Part shown: positions 1-11,690 of the stretch, piece by piece
Numbering within the stretch: position 1 is the stretch's first letter
How the letters are laid out: the number at the start of each line of letters is the position of its first letter
Origin: Callorhinchus milii
Lineage: Eukaryota
Direction of reading: 5' to 3'
NCBI RefSeq assembly: GCF_018977255.1
Contig: NW_024704743.1
Location: forward strand, 71,054,001 to 71,118,000
DNA: 64,000 nt
Notes under the pieces: model-generated
The model's input: only the letters and a program-made list of their open reading frames with translations
Database searches by the model: none
What the model was told of the DNA's origin: nothing
Translations under genes and position numbers: made by a program

Positions 1-1214
1 ACTTTACAGAAAGGTTTATTGCACTGAAGTGTGAGGAACTGAATCCATAACCTTCTAACCCAAAGGTGAGAGTGCTTCCAACTAAGCCAAGCTGACTTGG
101 ATGGCTTTCTATGTTTCTATGAAATATTGTTTTGAATTATGCATTTTGCTGCCATCATGTTATTTGGGAATAATAATAACTTTGCATTTGGCCCATCATG
201 TTGTGCTATTACAATGTATAATGTGTACATTCTGTGGATGGGCTCAAAAATGTGTCTGGTACAAATAATGGAAGGACCATGGAAATTACAGTAATAAAAA
301 GAAAAATGTTTTACTGTAATAGTATTACAGTATTTATAAAATATACTGTCTTGTATTAAATTACATTTTCTACAAGTTATAATGGAAACTATAAGAAGCT
401 TGTGACATGCAAAAAGGTTTGTTAATGGAGATAGACAAATACGCTGTTTCTTTAACATTATCCATCCAAGGGATCTCATTTCAGTGTGGTATCACTGCCC
501 ACTTTGCAATAAATAAAAGCTCCCAAAACAGAATTTCGACAAACGGAACAAAGCAGTGCTTTATAATCATGTAGATTTAAACTATGTAATTGCTTATGAA
601 AATTACAAAGGAAATCTTTTGAAAGCCATCTTTGAGAATAATGTGATAACTATTTTCAGTCATTCTCAGTGGGAGACCATTAACAGCTGGCATTTTCTGC
701 AAGATTTCTAAGCAGGCATTCTGTGCAGCATGTTACTGTATTTTACCGCATGGGATCTTTATGCGCACAGATTAATAATTAGCACTTGATTTGTAACTGA
801 GATTGTACAACATGGGGTCTGAATCACAAGCAAGGTTCTCAGATGTAAATAAAAAATTTTCATAAAAGAGAATGTATTTCTAGCCATGGATAATATATTT
901 TTTTCAATTTACTTCTATGTCCCTCCTCTGCTCTTCTCCCCTTTCCCAAAGTCGATTAGTCATACTGAAGGATGAGTCCTTACATTCAGTTCTTACATTC
1001 TGCCACCACACCAAAGTGACAAGATAGCTGACTCGGAACCTGTGCTAGGGGTGGGGGCTGGGAGGGAAGTTGAGGTGGGAAGGTGAGCAAAAGTGCAATC
1101 GAGAAAATAGCTCTGAAGACGAATTTTGAAGGCAGCGAGGAAGAGAGCGGTGAGGTGGAGGGACTCCGGATGGAGTCCTAGAGAGTGGTGGCAGAATTGT
1201 GTGGTGGAATCCTG

Positions 1215-1930
1215 ATTGGCTCCTGTCAGGCGCTGACAGCATCAGCATCCATGGATGCAAACTCTACATTACTAAGCAAGTCTGGAATCTTGGAGTCTTT
1301 TTGACCCTCAACTGTCCTTTCTATCCCACATCTGTGCCATGACCTGCTCTGGCTTCCCCCACCTCTGCAACATCGCCCGGCTCCACCACCTTCTCATACC
1401 ACAGGCCACCGAGGCCCTCATACATGCATTCATAGCATGCTTGACTATGCAAACTCCCTGCTTGTCGACCTCCTCAACTTCTCCATCCATAGGCTGCAGA
1501 TCATCTGCAGCCCATGTCCTCTCCCGCACCAGGCTCCGTGACTCTTATCGCCCCCATGCTTGCCCGATTCCACTGGCTTCCCATCACACAGAGGATACAG
1601 TTCAAGATCCTGGTCCTCATTTTCAAAGCCCTCCATGGTCTTGCTCCCCCCTTACATCTGCAACCTCCTAACCCACTACCATCCTGCTCGATCCCTCCAC
1701 TCAGCGGATTCCGGTCTGCTTCACGTCCCCCACCTTGCCTGCCCCACCTTTGGTGAGCGGGCCTCCAGCGACTCTGCCACCATCCTCTGGAACGCCATCC
1801 TGCAGTCCCTCTGCCTTGCTCCCTCCCTTGCCTCGTTCAAGACCCATCTCAAGATCCTCCTCTTCGACCATGCCTTTGGTCACCCTCTTTTCCCCCCTGC
1901 CCTCCACCCTCCCCAATCCCGACCCTCAGG
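1215..1930 (+). mobile_element. L2-clade LINE, 3' fragment (end of ORF2, frameshifted)
   Basis: Frames encode L2 C-terminal motifs LARFHWLPITQRIQFKILVLIFKALHGLAP and LWNAIL...SLASFKTHLKILLF. Homologous to the copies at 10650-11260 and 34240-35090. Confidence 0.9.
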
Positions 1931-1932
1931 CC

Positions 1933-2165
1933 ATGTCGGCCAGCAGGGGAGAGAGGAGGGGGAGTTGAGTGATCAGCAGCTGGGTGGGGAGGAGGTCGAG
2001 GCAGCAGGTGGTGAACTTCATTCAGGTGATTGTGGTTAAGAGGGAGAGTTGAGGGCAAAGGAGTGTAAGGAGTGGGGAGTGGCAGGAGCCGGCAGAGGGA
2101 GAAGGCGGTGTGGATGGTCTGTGTGGAGTGGAAGGGGACATGGGGGTGGGAGGGCGAATGCATCT
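1933..2165 (-). mobile_element. Inverted L2 ORF2 internal fragment
   Basis: The reverse complement matches the L2 segment at ~9700-9890 (atgaagctgaccacctgctgcctcgacc...gacat). Confidence 0.8.
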
Positions 2166-2325
2166 TGTCCTAAAAAGTAGTCAATTTTTCAACTAATTGT
2201 TAAGGCATTGATACGATGATTGCATTTTATTTTCCTGTAACTTTTGGAAAATAAATTAATGTTTAATGCAATTGCACCGGCAAGACAGTTTTACCTATGA
2301 ATAATACTTACAATACTTAATAACT

Positions 2326-2338
2326 CCACTAGGTGGCA
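2326..2338 (+). promoter_or_regulatory. Candidate CTCF core motif CCACTAGGTGGCA
   Basis: Exact match to the CCASYAGRKGGCR core in non-repeat DNA. Motif evidence only. Confidence 0.45.
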
Positions 2339-2745
2339 TGCCACAATGTAATTTGACTTGATCTCTTTCCCTCCAAATCACATGTATTATTGTTTAGTGG
2401 TAACAAACATTGTCCATGACAACCGATAAATAAACTGATAGAGCAGTTAATAATTATTTTTTTCTGACTTACTGACCAAGATCAACACTAATAGTGTGAA
2501 AGTGACTTGGTTTTTAACAAGGGGTTGTTTGTGCTCTCCAACCTTTTATATCACAATAAATATTCTTTGTTCCTTTATCCATTTCTATATAATAATCTTT
2601 GCATTTGTAATCATGTCAATTGCAAGTGCAAACCACTTCACAGAATATACTGTAAAGTGAATTGACTGTATATTTTGTGGGCAAAACGCAGCAGCCAATA
2701 GCCTCTTGCCATGACATGCGCTGTTGGAGCAACTTATATTGGCTT

Positions 2746-2960
2746 ACAAAAACAGAAGACGCTGGGAACACTCAGCAGGTCAGGCAGCATCTATGGAGAA
2801 AGGAAAGTATGTCAACGTTTCGGGTCCACAACCTGGACGAAGGGTCATGGACCTGAAATGTTGACTCACTTTCCTTTCTTCATAGATGCTGCCTGACCTG
2901 CTGAGTGTTCCCAGAGACTTCTGTTTTTGTTTCAGATTTCCAGCATCTGCAGTATTTTGG
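2746..2960. mobile_element. Palindromic repeat, probably derived from a Penelope-like element (inverted pseudo-LTR pair)
   Basis: Arms 2746-2828 and 2848-2930 are reverse complements, with 7 mismatches in 83 nt by my count. The centre reads CTGGACGAAGGGTCATGGACCTGAAA, a hammerhead-like arrangement. Confidence 0.75.
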
Positions 2961-3878
2961 TTTTATTATTGGTTTGGCTGGCTTCTGCTGGAATAGAGCT
3001 GTTATTCTGATTAGTCGAGCTGACCACGATTGACAGTTACCCTCTCCATACAGTATTGTTGTTGTTTCCATGGTACTGAGATCTGGCATTTTCATCTGTG
3101 TTACACACCATTTTGACAGATAATTAATAAGCAGTGACCAAGGAAGTAAGCAAGGGAGTAAGGCACACACAATAATCACATTCTGTTTTCCATCTTACCA
3201 TTTTACCAACAAACACACAAAAAGGTCAAAGTACACATGTATACACCATGCAAATATGAGTATTGAGATCACATGCTCAACAACAGGGTCTATTACTCAT
3301 TTTTTATTTACAAATCAAAAATGCAATTTTTCCACATCTGCACTCCAAATCCACCACATGTAGCTCTTGGCTAATGTATTGGACAGCTCTGCTCTGAATA
3401 AAATTGACCATTTTGCACAGCTGTTTGTGAGGCATTGCTATGTGCAATTGAGCCACCACATTAGCCTACAAAACACACAGTCACTCCACTTCATAGTTAA
3501 TTCTGTAAATTCTATAAATCTCTTTTGAACGTCATCCAAACTGAAAGCTTTATCAAATGCAAGGATTATTATTACAGTAAACTCCTGATAACTTGACCAG
3601 GTTTAACTTGAAATTACCATTTAAGTCTACCACCATTCAGCACCTTGGGATGTCAGCCTGATGTCTGATACATGCAGAAACCCAGCACCATGTTTAAGTA
3701 TATCCAAACCAAACTGAGAATTCCATGCACCCCAACTACACATGGAAATCCCAGAGATAAAATGTTGGAATTGAATGTGCAGTCTCTCATTGGAGGGACG
3801 CATCCTGTTTACCTAATTCTGGAAAGCATTAAGCACAGGTTGGCAATAGCCAAGGCTCATGGACCCCAGAGTGTGCGT

Positions 3879-4250
3879 GGAGTCCTGTAGCTCAGTGGTT
3901 AGAGCATTCGCTTTGTAAGCAAGAGTCTTGGGTTTGATTCCTGGCATGGTAAAACCTTGGGTAAGTTTTCTTGCTTCACACGCCTCTGTTTACCTAGCAG
4001 TAAGTAGGAACCCAGTTGTTAGTCGATTAGTGGGTAGCTTTTCCGGGGCTAATAATTCCTTCAAAAAAAATTATAATTTGGTCACTCAATCCACAACTGT
4101 TTGTGGGACACTGCTGTGCGCAATTGGCTGCCGCGTTTCGCCCATAAAATATACTGTCAATTGACTTTACAGTATATATGAAGCTCTTTGAGATGTCTTG
4201 AAGACGTGATAAGGTGCCATATCAAATGAAAGGATTATTATTGTTATTAT
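3879..4250 (+). mobile_element. tRNA-derived SINE, long form, with L2-type tail
   Basis: Head GGAGTCCTGTAGCTCAGTGGTTAGAGC (A box) and GGTTTGATTCC (B box), central ccttgggtaagt...gtttacctagcagtaagtaggaaccc, tail ending aaggattattatt. Confidence 0.9.
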
Positions 4251-5724
4251 TCGGGTACTGCTAGAGTCTAACCACATAGCTTGGCATTGATAGGACTCTT
4301 TGGCAAGCTTCCCACTGCTTGTCCAGCTAACTGTTAAGTTAACTGTTAACTACCTGTTAAGGGTTTGGCTTGCAGGGTTAACAGGAGCTGAGTGGGAGGA
4401 TTGCCTGCCCCAGTGACCAGTCTGCGCTTTCAAGTCCTACCAATGAGACTATGCTGTCATCATCAGTGTCCTGGAATACTGCGGAACTACCTGGTTTACA
4501 AACGGAACTACCAAGACCGCCGCAGAGGCCTGGCTCGATTCCAACATTTCTTTGCCAAACATGTCAACTTGGAGCCAGTTCAGCTCCAAGTAGACCCCCT
4601 TACCTCCCTCCCAAGGAAGATACTCATTAGTTGGCTATTCAATATCCGAGAAGCATGGGTTTGAGCCCTCACTAGGTGGATGGTAGGTACCAGGAACTCC
4701 CTGCAAAGACTTCTACCAATTGAGCCAAGATGACATTCAAAGCATCACCTTATATAACAGGTCTCTTGCAACTTGAATTTTGGCTACTATAACTACAGTA
4801 TGAGCATTAAAATTAGCTGACTAATGATGTTCTATAACTCAGTACAATAGGCATGTTTTAAATTCAAATTTAATCCAAATGAATTGCCAATTTATATTCA
4901 ATCAAATCCAAACGACCTATACAAACAAGGTTGAATTTCATGTCGTTGAATTATTAAAGTGTTTTCCGTGAAAATGGGTTAAACGAGACAAATGATCTGA
5001 TCGAGTTCATTGCAAAGGAGATCAGCTGTCATGGAATGACGCTGGAGGGTCATCTCAGGTAACTGAATGGAAAAAAGGCTCAATGGGAACCTAAACAGTT
5101 TCCAGGTTCATTGTTGGGTTTGGTTGTTGTCACTTTTATTGGCCTTTTTGGAATTTGTCAAGTCTAAAAACAACAATATAGCTTGTTTTGCAGTGTGAAA
5201 CTTGGAGTTGGCTTGGAAGATCTTTTATCAATGTCAGTGTGGCTCAGTCGGTAGCATTCTTGCCACTTGGTCAGAAAATCATGGGATCAAGTCTCACATC
5301 GGGACTTGAAAACGTTACTCTTCCATTTGAAGTTTTCTGCAGATACAATAGTTGTTTCTTCTTGTACAAAATCAATGAATGTTACCACAACAAAAACAAT
5401 TTGCATTTATAATAATAATCTTTGCACTTGATATACTGTAGTAACAATATCTCTGTTTGTGGGACATTGCTGTGTCCAAACTGGCTGCCGCATTTTGCCC
5501 ACAAAACACATAATCACTAGACGTTTCAGTGTGTCCTGTGAAGCGCTTTGAGATGTCTCAATAATGTTATAAGCCCAAATACAAGGATTATTATTATAAC
5601 AAAAAAAATTTCACAGAGTTTTCTGTAAAACATTGTGAGTGTATATTTGAATATAGCAGCCAATGTGTTCATCAATGCCTCATAAATAGCTATGAAGTAA
5701 ATTACCAATTTTACTTGAAGATTT

Positions 5725-5850
5725 TTGACCAGGACACTGGGAGAAACCCTGTTCTCTTTTTAAATAGTGTCATGTGATTTTTAATGTTCACCTAATATGC
5801 AGAAAAGATCTCAGTTTAATGTTTCATCTGAAGAGCGGCACCTCCGACAT
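5725..5850 (-). mobile_element. Deu-domain SINE fragment
   Basis: The reverse complement matches the central part of the Deu-SINE copies at 48590 and 59676. Confidence 0.7.
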
Positions 5851-6198
5851 TATTAACTTCATATTTTTCTTCATGCATCAATTGACCCACAAATATCATT
5901 TAGCCTCCAGAATTTTCCAGAATCAACTTAACATTACTCTGTCTACAGGAAGTCCAAAGAGCTCAAATACTACTCCAAAAGTACCAGCTTTACTATAGCA
6001 ATCAACCATATCAATGCCTCAGGTGGATGTTATCAAAATGGGACATGATTCAAAGGGGTCAGACAACTCTTCCCTACTGGGTCTCCCGCCTTCCCATGTT
6101 CACTACTGAGGTAGTCTCCAGTTCTGTGTACAGGATGTAGAATGAAGGAAAAAAGGAACATCACCTCATTCAAAAGGAATATGCACCCATTGCTTAGA

Positions 6199-6505
6199 TG
6201 TCAGCCTGGCCTATAGTATTCTCATCTCTGGTTCAGGTTTAAGCCCCACTTTGGGTCTTTGTACTCACAGTCTAGTCACTGCAGGTTTGGTGGTGCCATC
6301 TTTCAGATGAGATGTTTAATTGAGATCCCATCTACCTGTAAAGATAGACGTTAAAGATCCTGTGGCATTATTCAAAAAGAGAAGGGAATTTTTCCTGGTG
6401 CTCTGGTTACTATTTTCCAGTTCATAATAAAATGGTTAATCACTTCATGGCTTTTTATGGGACTTTGTTCTATGCAAATTAGCTGCCACATTTGTGTGCA
6501 ATACA
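6199..6505 (+). mobile_element. Deu-domain SINE (SacSINE1-like), degenerate
   Basis: Contains ggtgccatctttcagatgagatgtttaattgag...gttaaagatcctgtggcattattcaaaaagag, as in the other copies. Confidence 0.8.
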
Positions 6506-6509
6506 CACT

Positions 6510-7390
6510 TGCGGAGTTTGATGCCGAGCTGGGGAGAAAGCAGAAGTGACTTTATATGGTTGAAGAGGAAGGTCTTCAGGTGTGATCTGAAGATGGGCAA
6601 GGAGGGAAACAGGTGGAGGGATTGAGGCATGGAGATCCAAATCTTGGAGCATAGTGGCCGATAAATGGATGTTGGTGATGGAGGCGAGGGAACCAGGAAC
6701 ATGCAGGAGGTTGGAGCTGGCTGAGCAAAGGGCCAGGTAGAGGAGTGGGATGTAAGGAGTTGGAGAAGTAAGGATGGATGTGTGAAATGATTTGTAAGTG
6801 AGGATCTTGGAATCAATCCATTCTGCAATAGGAAGCCAGTGGAGCCTTGTAAGGACTGGTGTGATGGGGTACAGAGTTTGGTATGGGTGAGGATATGGCC
6901 AATGGTGTTTTGAATTAATTGGATTTAATGAATGGTGAGGCTGGGGAATGAGGAGAGCATCAGAAAAATTGAGGCAGGAGGTGACGAATGCATGAATAGC
7001 AACAATAAATTACATTTGTATAGTGCCTTTCACGTCGGAATGACTTGAGAGAGTTTCAGCTGCGTTGATTGTGAGATATGGTTGAAAGTGGGCGATGTGG
7101 AGGAGGAGAAGTGGTTCTAATTGGGGACCGGATGTGGGGAAGGAATAACAGCTGGGATCCAACCTGGTGTCTAGGTTGTGCACAGGTTCAGTAAATCTGA
7201 GGGATAGGCTAGGGAGGTTAAGGAAGTTGGAACTGCAGGTGAGAAGACAGTGACAGGAGCCAAGGAGCATGGTTTCTGTCTTGTTATCATCAGCTGCAGA
7301 AAATTGGTTCTCATCCATGCCTTGATATCTGACAACCAAGCGGACAGAAGATCAATGGACCTGAGGATCATGGCTAAAGGAGGAAAAGTA
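6510..7390 (-). mobile_element. Older L2 LINE 3' region, fragmented
   Basis: Minus frames give WLSDIKAWMRTNFLQL, KTETMLLGS and SLPIFRSHLKTFLFNH. Confidence 0.8.
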
Positions 7391-7804
7391 GATTAACTGA
7401 GATAAATAAACTGTCATCCTAATGTGTGATCATACCACACAGCATGGGCTTTGATTCTGATGTGTGCTAACGTAGGAATAATGGGATTTAAAGTGTGGCG
7501 ATTTCAAATAGGATTCCTTAATTAAGGAAGCTAAGTGGGGTCTCATTTTAGTAACAACATACATTACGCACATTACTTGTAGGAACTCCACTTTAAAATC
7601 AAACTGTGTTGCAGGGAGTACTTCTGGATAGCTTAAATAAGGAATCCCATTTGGAATCACTGCCATTTAGACTCCACTATAACAGAGATCGACATTCATT
7701 TCATGAATTCCCCAGATCGATCTAGAGGTCTGATACATCTACAGCAGCATGTGGAGAATGAAGAAGGCCCTATAAGGAAGAAAGTGTTCATTTGGAGTCT
7801 GTCA

Positions 7805-8137
7805 TAATAATAATAATAATAATAATAATCCTTGCATTTGATATAGCGCTTTTCACGTCGGGAGGACGTCCCAAAGCGCTTCACAGAATATACTGTAAAG
7901 TGAATTGACTGTATATTTGTGGGCGAACGCGGCAGCCAATTGCGCACAGCAATATCCCACAAACAGTCGTAGATTGAAAATGACCAATTTATTATTGTTT
8001 TGGGGTTTTTTTTTTGGAGGGATTATTATTAGGCGTGTGGAGTAAGGAAACTTGCCCAAGGTTTCTCCCTGCCTGGAAATGAACTCAGGTCTCTCGCTTG
8101 CAAAGCGAGTGCTCTAACCACTGAGCTACAGGACTCC
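7805..8137 (-). mobile_element. tRNA-derived SINE, short (internally deleted) young form
   Basis: The reverse complement begins GGAGTCCTGTAGCTCAGTGGTTAGAGCACTCGCTTTGCAAGCGAG and has a long (TTA)n tail. Nearly identical to 15861-16175. Confidence 0.93.
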
Positions 8138-9399
8138 GATTTTATTCCTTCTGTGTTTATCTTGGTTTAAACTTTGAGATATCTTCCTGATATGAAAGGC
8201 AGTATATGAATGTAAATTGGATCATGTTTAAATGATTCCTTCAGAAGCTTTTTGTTTGCATTATAATTCTCTTGCCTCTGTTTCTTCTGTATATTCAGAA
8301 ATGCGCTACAGCAAATTCAGTGAAAGATTGGTAAGGAAACCCAGATAGAATGAAAGGTCAAAGCTAGACCCCAACCCGATTGGAAGCTACAGGTAGTAAA
8401 GCAAAATATGTAGAAAATCCTATGCTTGTCACTGAAATTCTGATTTCATAGTTTTTTTTTCAGTTTTGTTGCTTTCAATTTAGTCTATTGAAGTGTGCAT
8501 TTCAAGTACAGTTCGGTGTGAGCACCCAAGTTTAAATCCCAGGTTTAAATACATTAAATTTAAAAAAATTGTTGCCAAAATCAGCTTGGAAAGATAGAAC
8601 ATCTGATAATTGCAAAGTGATTAATTCTGGAGGGAAATTGGAAATCAGGTATCTGCACAATCCTCAAGGAATCCACAATCCCTCAATCCCTCCGCCTTGC
8701 CCCCTCTTTCCCCTTTTTCAAGTCCCGCCTGAAAACAATCCTTTTTGACAGTGCTTATGATCACCTCCGCCACTGTTAAGTGCTCTGAGATGCTATCCTG
8801 TGTGGAGGGCGCTGTATAAGTACAAGTTTCTGTTGTTGCTGATTGGGATAGAGCCAAATCTAGAGTATATTGTGTGATTATGAAGAACTTCCTTTTTGTA
8901 GCATTTCATCAGATTGAAATGTATCAAAATGTTGCTATACTGTTGGAAGAAATCTTTGTGAAACACCTTGAGGCATTTCCTACTTGAAAGGAGTTATATA
9001 AGTGCAAGTTGTTGTTGAAGAAAGAAAGGAGCAGCAGCTCAGAGAGCTGAAATTATTCATGGCCACGCACTGCCCTTCCTTGAAATATAAGATTATGCAA
9101 AATTTGGGAAAATTGTTAACATTTAGTTATAATTTGGAAAAGGGTTTCCTTCAGATTTTGATGAGACTTTGCTATGCACAAATTGTCTACCATGTTTACC
9201 TACAAAAAACAATCACTACAGTATGGTAAATACCATAAAGCATTTTGAAACATTTCAACACTTTTTTTCACTGTTGGAAAATTATATTTTTAAAGTTCTA
9301 AAGTATTGTAGCTTATTTTAGTAGCTTAGACATTTGTTGCACATTGTGTTACACTAAACTGAAGACGATTTGAACACAAAAATGCTATTGAAACTGAGG

Positions 9400-11270
9400 C
9401 TTCCATTTTTGTCTCTTCGATGATCTTGTTTGATAATGGTCCATCAGCAGATCTGGCTGGACCTTATCAAATCTTACCACTTCACCATTGCCTCTGATAA
9501 ATTGTCGTTCTACTCCAAAACAATCTTGGAAGCCAATGACAACCCCAGGCTTCTCTTCTGGATCACCAACCAGCTCCTCCGCCCACCCTCTCATGCCTCG
9601 CCCATCCTCAACTCCATTGCCAACTGCGAGGCAATGCTGGACTTCCTTGAATCCAAAGTTGAGGGGATCTGCTCAGCTGCCTCTGCCCTTCTGTCTACTA
9701 ATCTCTCCCCATCTCCCCCTCTTACCCTGGTCGCTACCCATCCCTCCCTCCACACCTTCGATCCTATCTCCCACTCCTCTCTCATCACCACTATAACCTG
9801 CATGAAGCTGACCACCTGCTGCCTCGACCCTATCCCTACATCTCTCCTTACCTCCCAGGTCCACCTCCTTGCCCCTCTACTCACAGACATCATAAACCTC
9901 TCGCTGTTCACCGGTACCGTTCCCACCCCTTTAAAAATGGCCAACAACCCTCCTACCCTTAAAAAACACTCCCTGGAACCATTCCTGCTCTCAAACTACA
10001 TCATCCGCAGACATGGAGTCAATTTCCACAAACTCCAACCTTCTGTTCATCTCCAAGGTCTTGGAACGAATCGTTGCTTCCCAGCTTCGCTCCTTCATCT
10101 CCTGCCATACCCTTCATGAACTCCTCCAATCGGATTTCCATGCTGCCCACAACACAGAAACAGCCCTGGTCAAAATGACAAATGACATTCTGTCCATCTG
10201 CGACTAGTGCTCCCTCTGCCTCCTCATCCTCCTTGACCTCTCTGCTGCCTTTGACACCGTTGACCATTCTATCCCCATCCACCGCCTCTCCTCTCACCTC
10301 AATATTTATGGTTCTGTCCTTGAATGGTTCAGATCATACCTCTCACACCACCTGCATTTCAACTCCACAAAGGATTTCTCCTTTAGCCCCTGCACCATCT
10401 CATACTGTGTTCCCCAGGGCTCTGTCCGTCGTCTCATCCTCTTCAATATCTATATGCTCCCTCTTGGTGACATCGTCTGCAGACATGGGGTCAACATCCA
10501 CATGTATGTGGATGACACCCAACTGTACCTCTCTGCCTCCACTCTTGACTCCAGGACCACTGCTGTCCTGACAGAATGTCTGTCAGACATCAAGTCCGGA
10601 TGAGAGCTAACTTTCTTCAGTTGAACATCAACAAGACCGAGGCTCTCCTGATTGGCTCCCGTCAGCGCCTCCTCACCTCAGGCATTGACAGCATCACCAT
10701 CCATGGTTGCACACTCCACCTTGTTTGACCCTCAACTATCTTTTCTACCCCACATCCATGCCATGAACCGCTCTGCCTTCCCTCACCTCCGCAACATCGT
10801 CCGGCTCTGCCACTGCCTCATACCGCAGGCTGCCGAAACCCTCATACCCCAACTCCTCGTTTCATAGGCTGCGGATCATCAAGAACTCTGCAGCCCATGT
10901 CCTCTCCCGCACCAGGTTCTGTGACTCTATCACCCCCATCCTCACCCGACTTCACTGGCTTCCCATCACACAAAGGATATAGTTCAAGATCCTGCTCCTC
11001 ACCTTCAAAGCCCTCCATGGTCTTTGCTCCCCCCTATCTCTGCGACCTCCTAAACCCCTACCATCCTACCCGCTCCCTCTGCTTCATGTCCCCCACCCAT
11101 TGGTGGGCAGGTCTTCAGCCACTCTGCCCCCACCCTCTGGAACTCCATCCCACAGTCCCTCCGCCTCGCCCCTTCCCTTGCCTCCTTCAAGACCCATCTG
11201 AAGATCCTCCTCTTCGACCATGCTTTTAATCACCTTGCTTCCCCTTATGCCCTCCACCCTTACCCCCAGA
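9400..11270 (+). mobile_element. L2-clade LINE, 5'-truncated ORF2 with reverse transcriptase domain, disrupted by stops and frameshifts
   Basis: Successive frames give TTCCLDPIPT, SNLLFISKVLERIV, QSDFHAAHNTETALVKMTNDIL, LLDLSAAFDTVDH, VPQGSV, HMYVDDTQLY (RT catalytic motif) and [14 protein letters not shown]. Confidence 0.95.
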
Positions 11271-11404
11271 AAAGAAATGTAATAAAACAAAATCTGATCA
11301 GTATAAATTGAACTTTTTCTGACAACATACTGTGGTGCAATGATTTATAGCAACTTCATATGATACACAATGACTTATGGAAGACTAAAACATATGTGAA
11401 TGGT

Positions 11405-11690
11405 GAAGCTTGGTAACACTCTCATCTTTGGAACAAAAGGTTGTGGGTTCAACCCTGATCTGGACTTTGAGATTTGGGATGTTGAACTTGGTTGATATTC
11501 TAATGCAGTACTGGGGAGCATTGCATTGCTGAGGTGCTTTCCTTTGGACTTTGGTGTTAAACTGAGGTTCTGTCTGCCTTTGCAAGTGAACATTGAAGAT
11601 CTCATGAGTTATTTGAAAAGAGTCATGTCTCGTAATCCTTCTTACAAATTGATTGTTCACTTCATAACTGTTTGTGGGATATTATGACGC
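11405..11690 (+). mobile_element. Deu-domain SINE, degenerate
   Basis: tRNA-like head (ggttgtgggttcaaccc) followed by gttaaactgaggttctgtctgcc...gaagatctcatg. Confidence 0.75.

Noticed and set aside
100..900. AT-rich stretch with AATAAA at 508-517 and 848-853, a possible 3' UTR of an upstream gene (TMEM245 by recalled mammalian synteny)
   Set aside because: No coding exon was recognised, and AATAAA is frequent by chance in AT-rich DNA.
3573..3620. TACAGTAAACTCCTGATAAC, resembling a Tigger-type TIR
   Set aside because: No matching inverted partner was found by eye.
8065..8137. tRNA-Ala(TGC)-like cloverleaf with anticodon arm CTCGC-TTTGCAA-GCGAG (also 16100-16175)
   Set aside because: The acceptor and T stems are imperfect, and the sequence continues into a dispersed SINE body, so it is a SINE head rather than a tRNA gene.
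9430..10571. RT-containing ORFs as a possible novel retron-like or domesticated RT gene
   Set aside because: These are ordinary L2 ORF2 pieces with stops and frameshifts, present in several decayed copies in this window.
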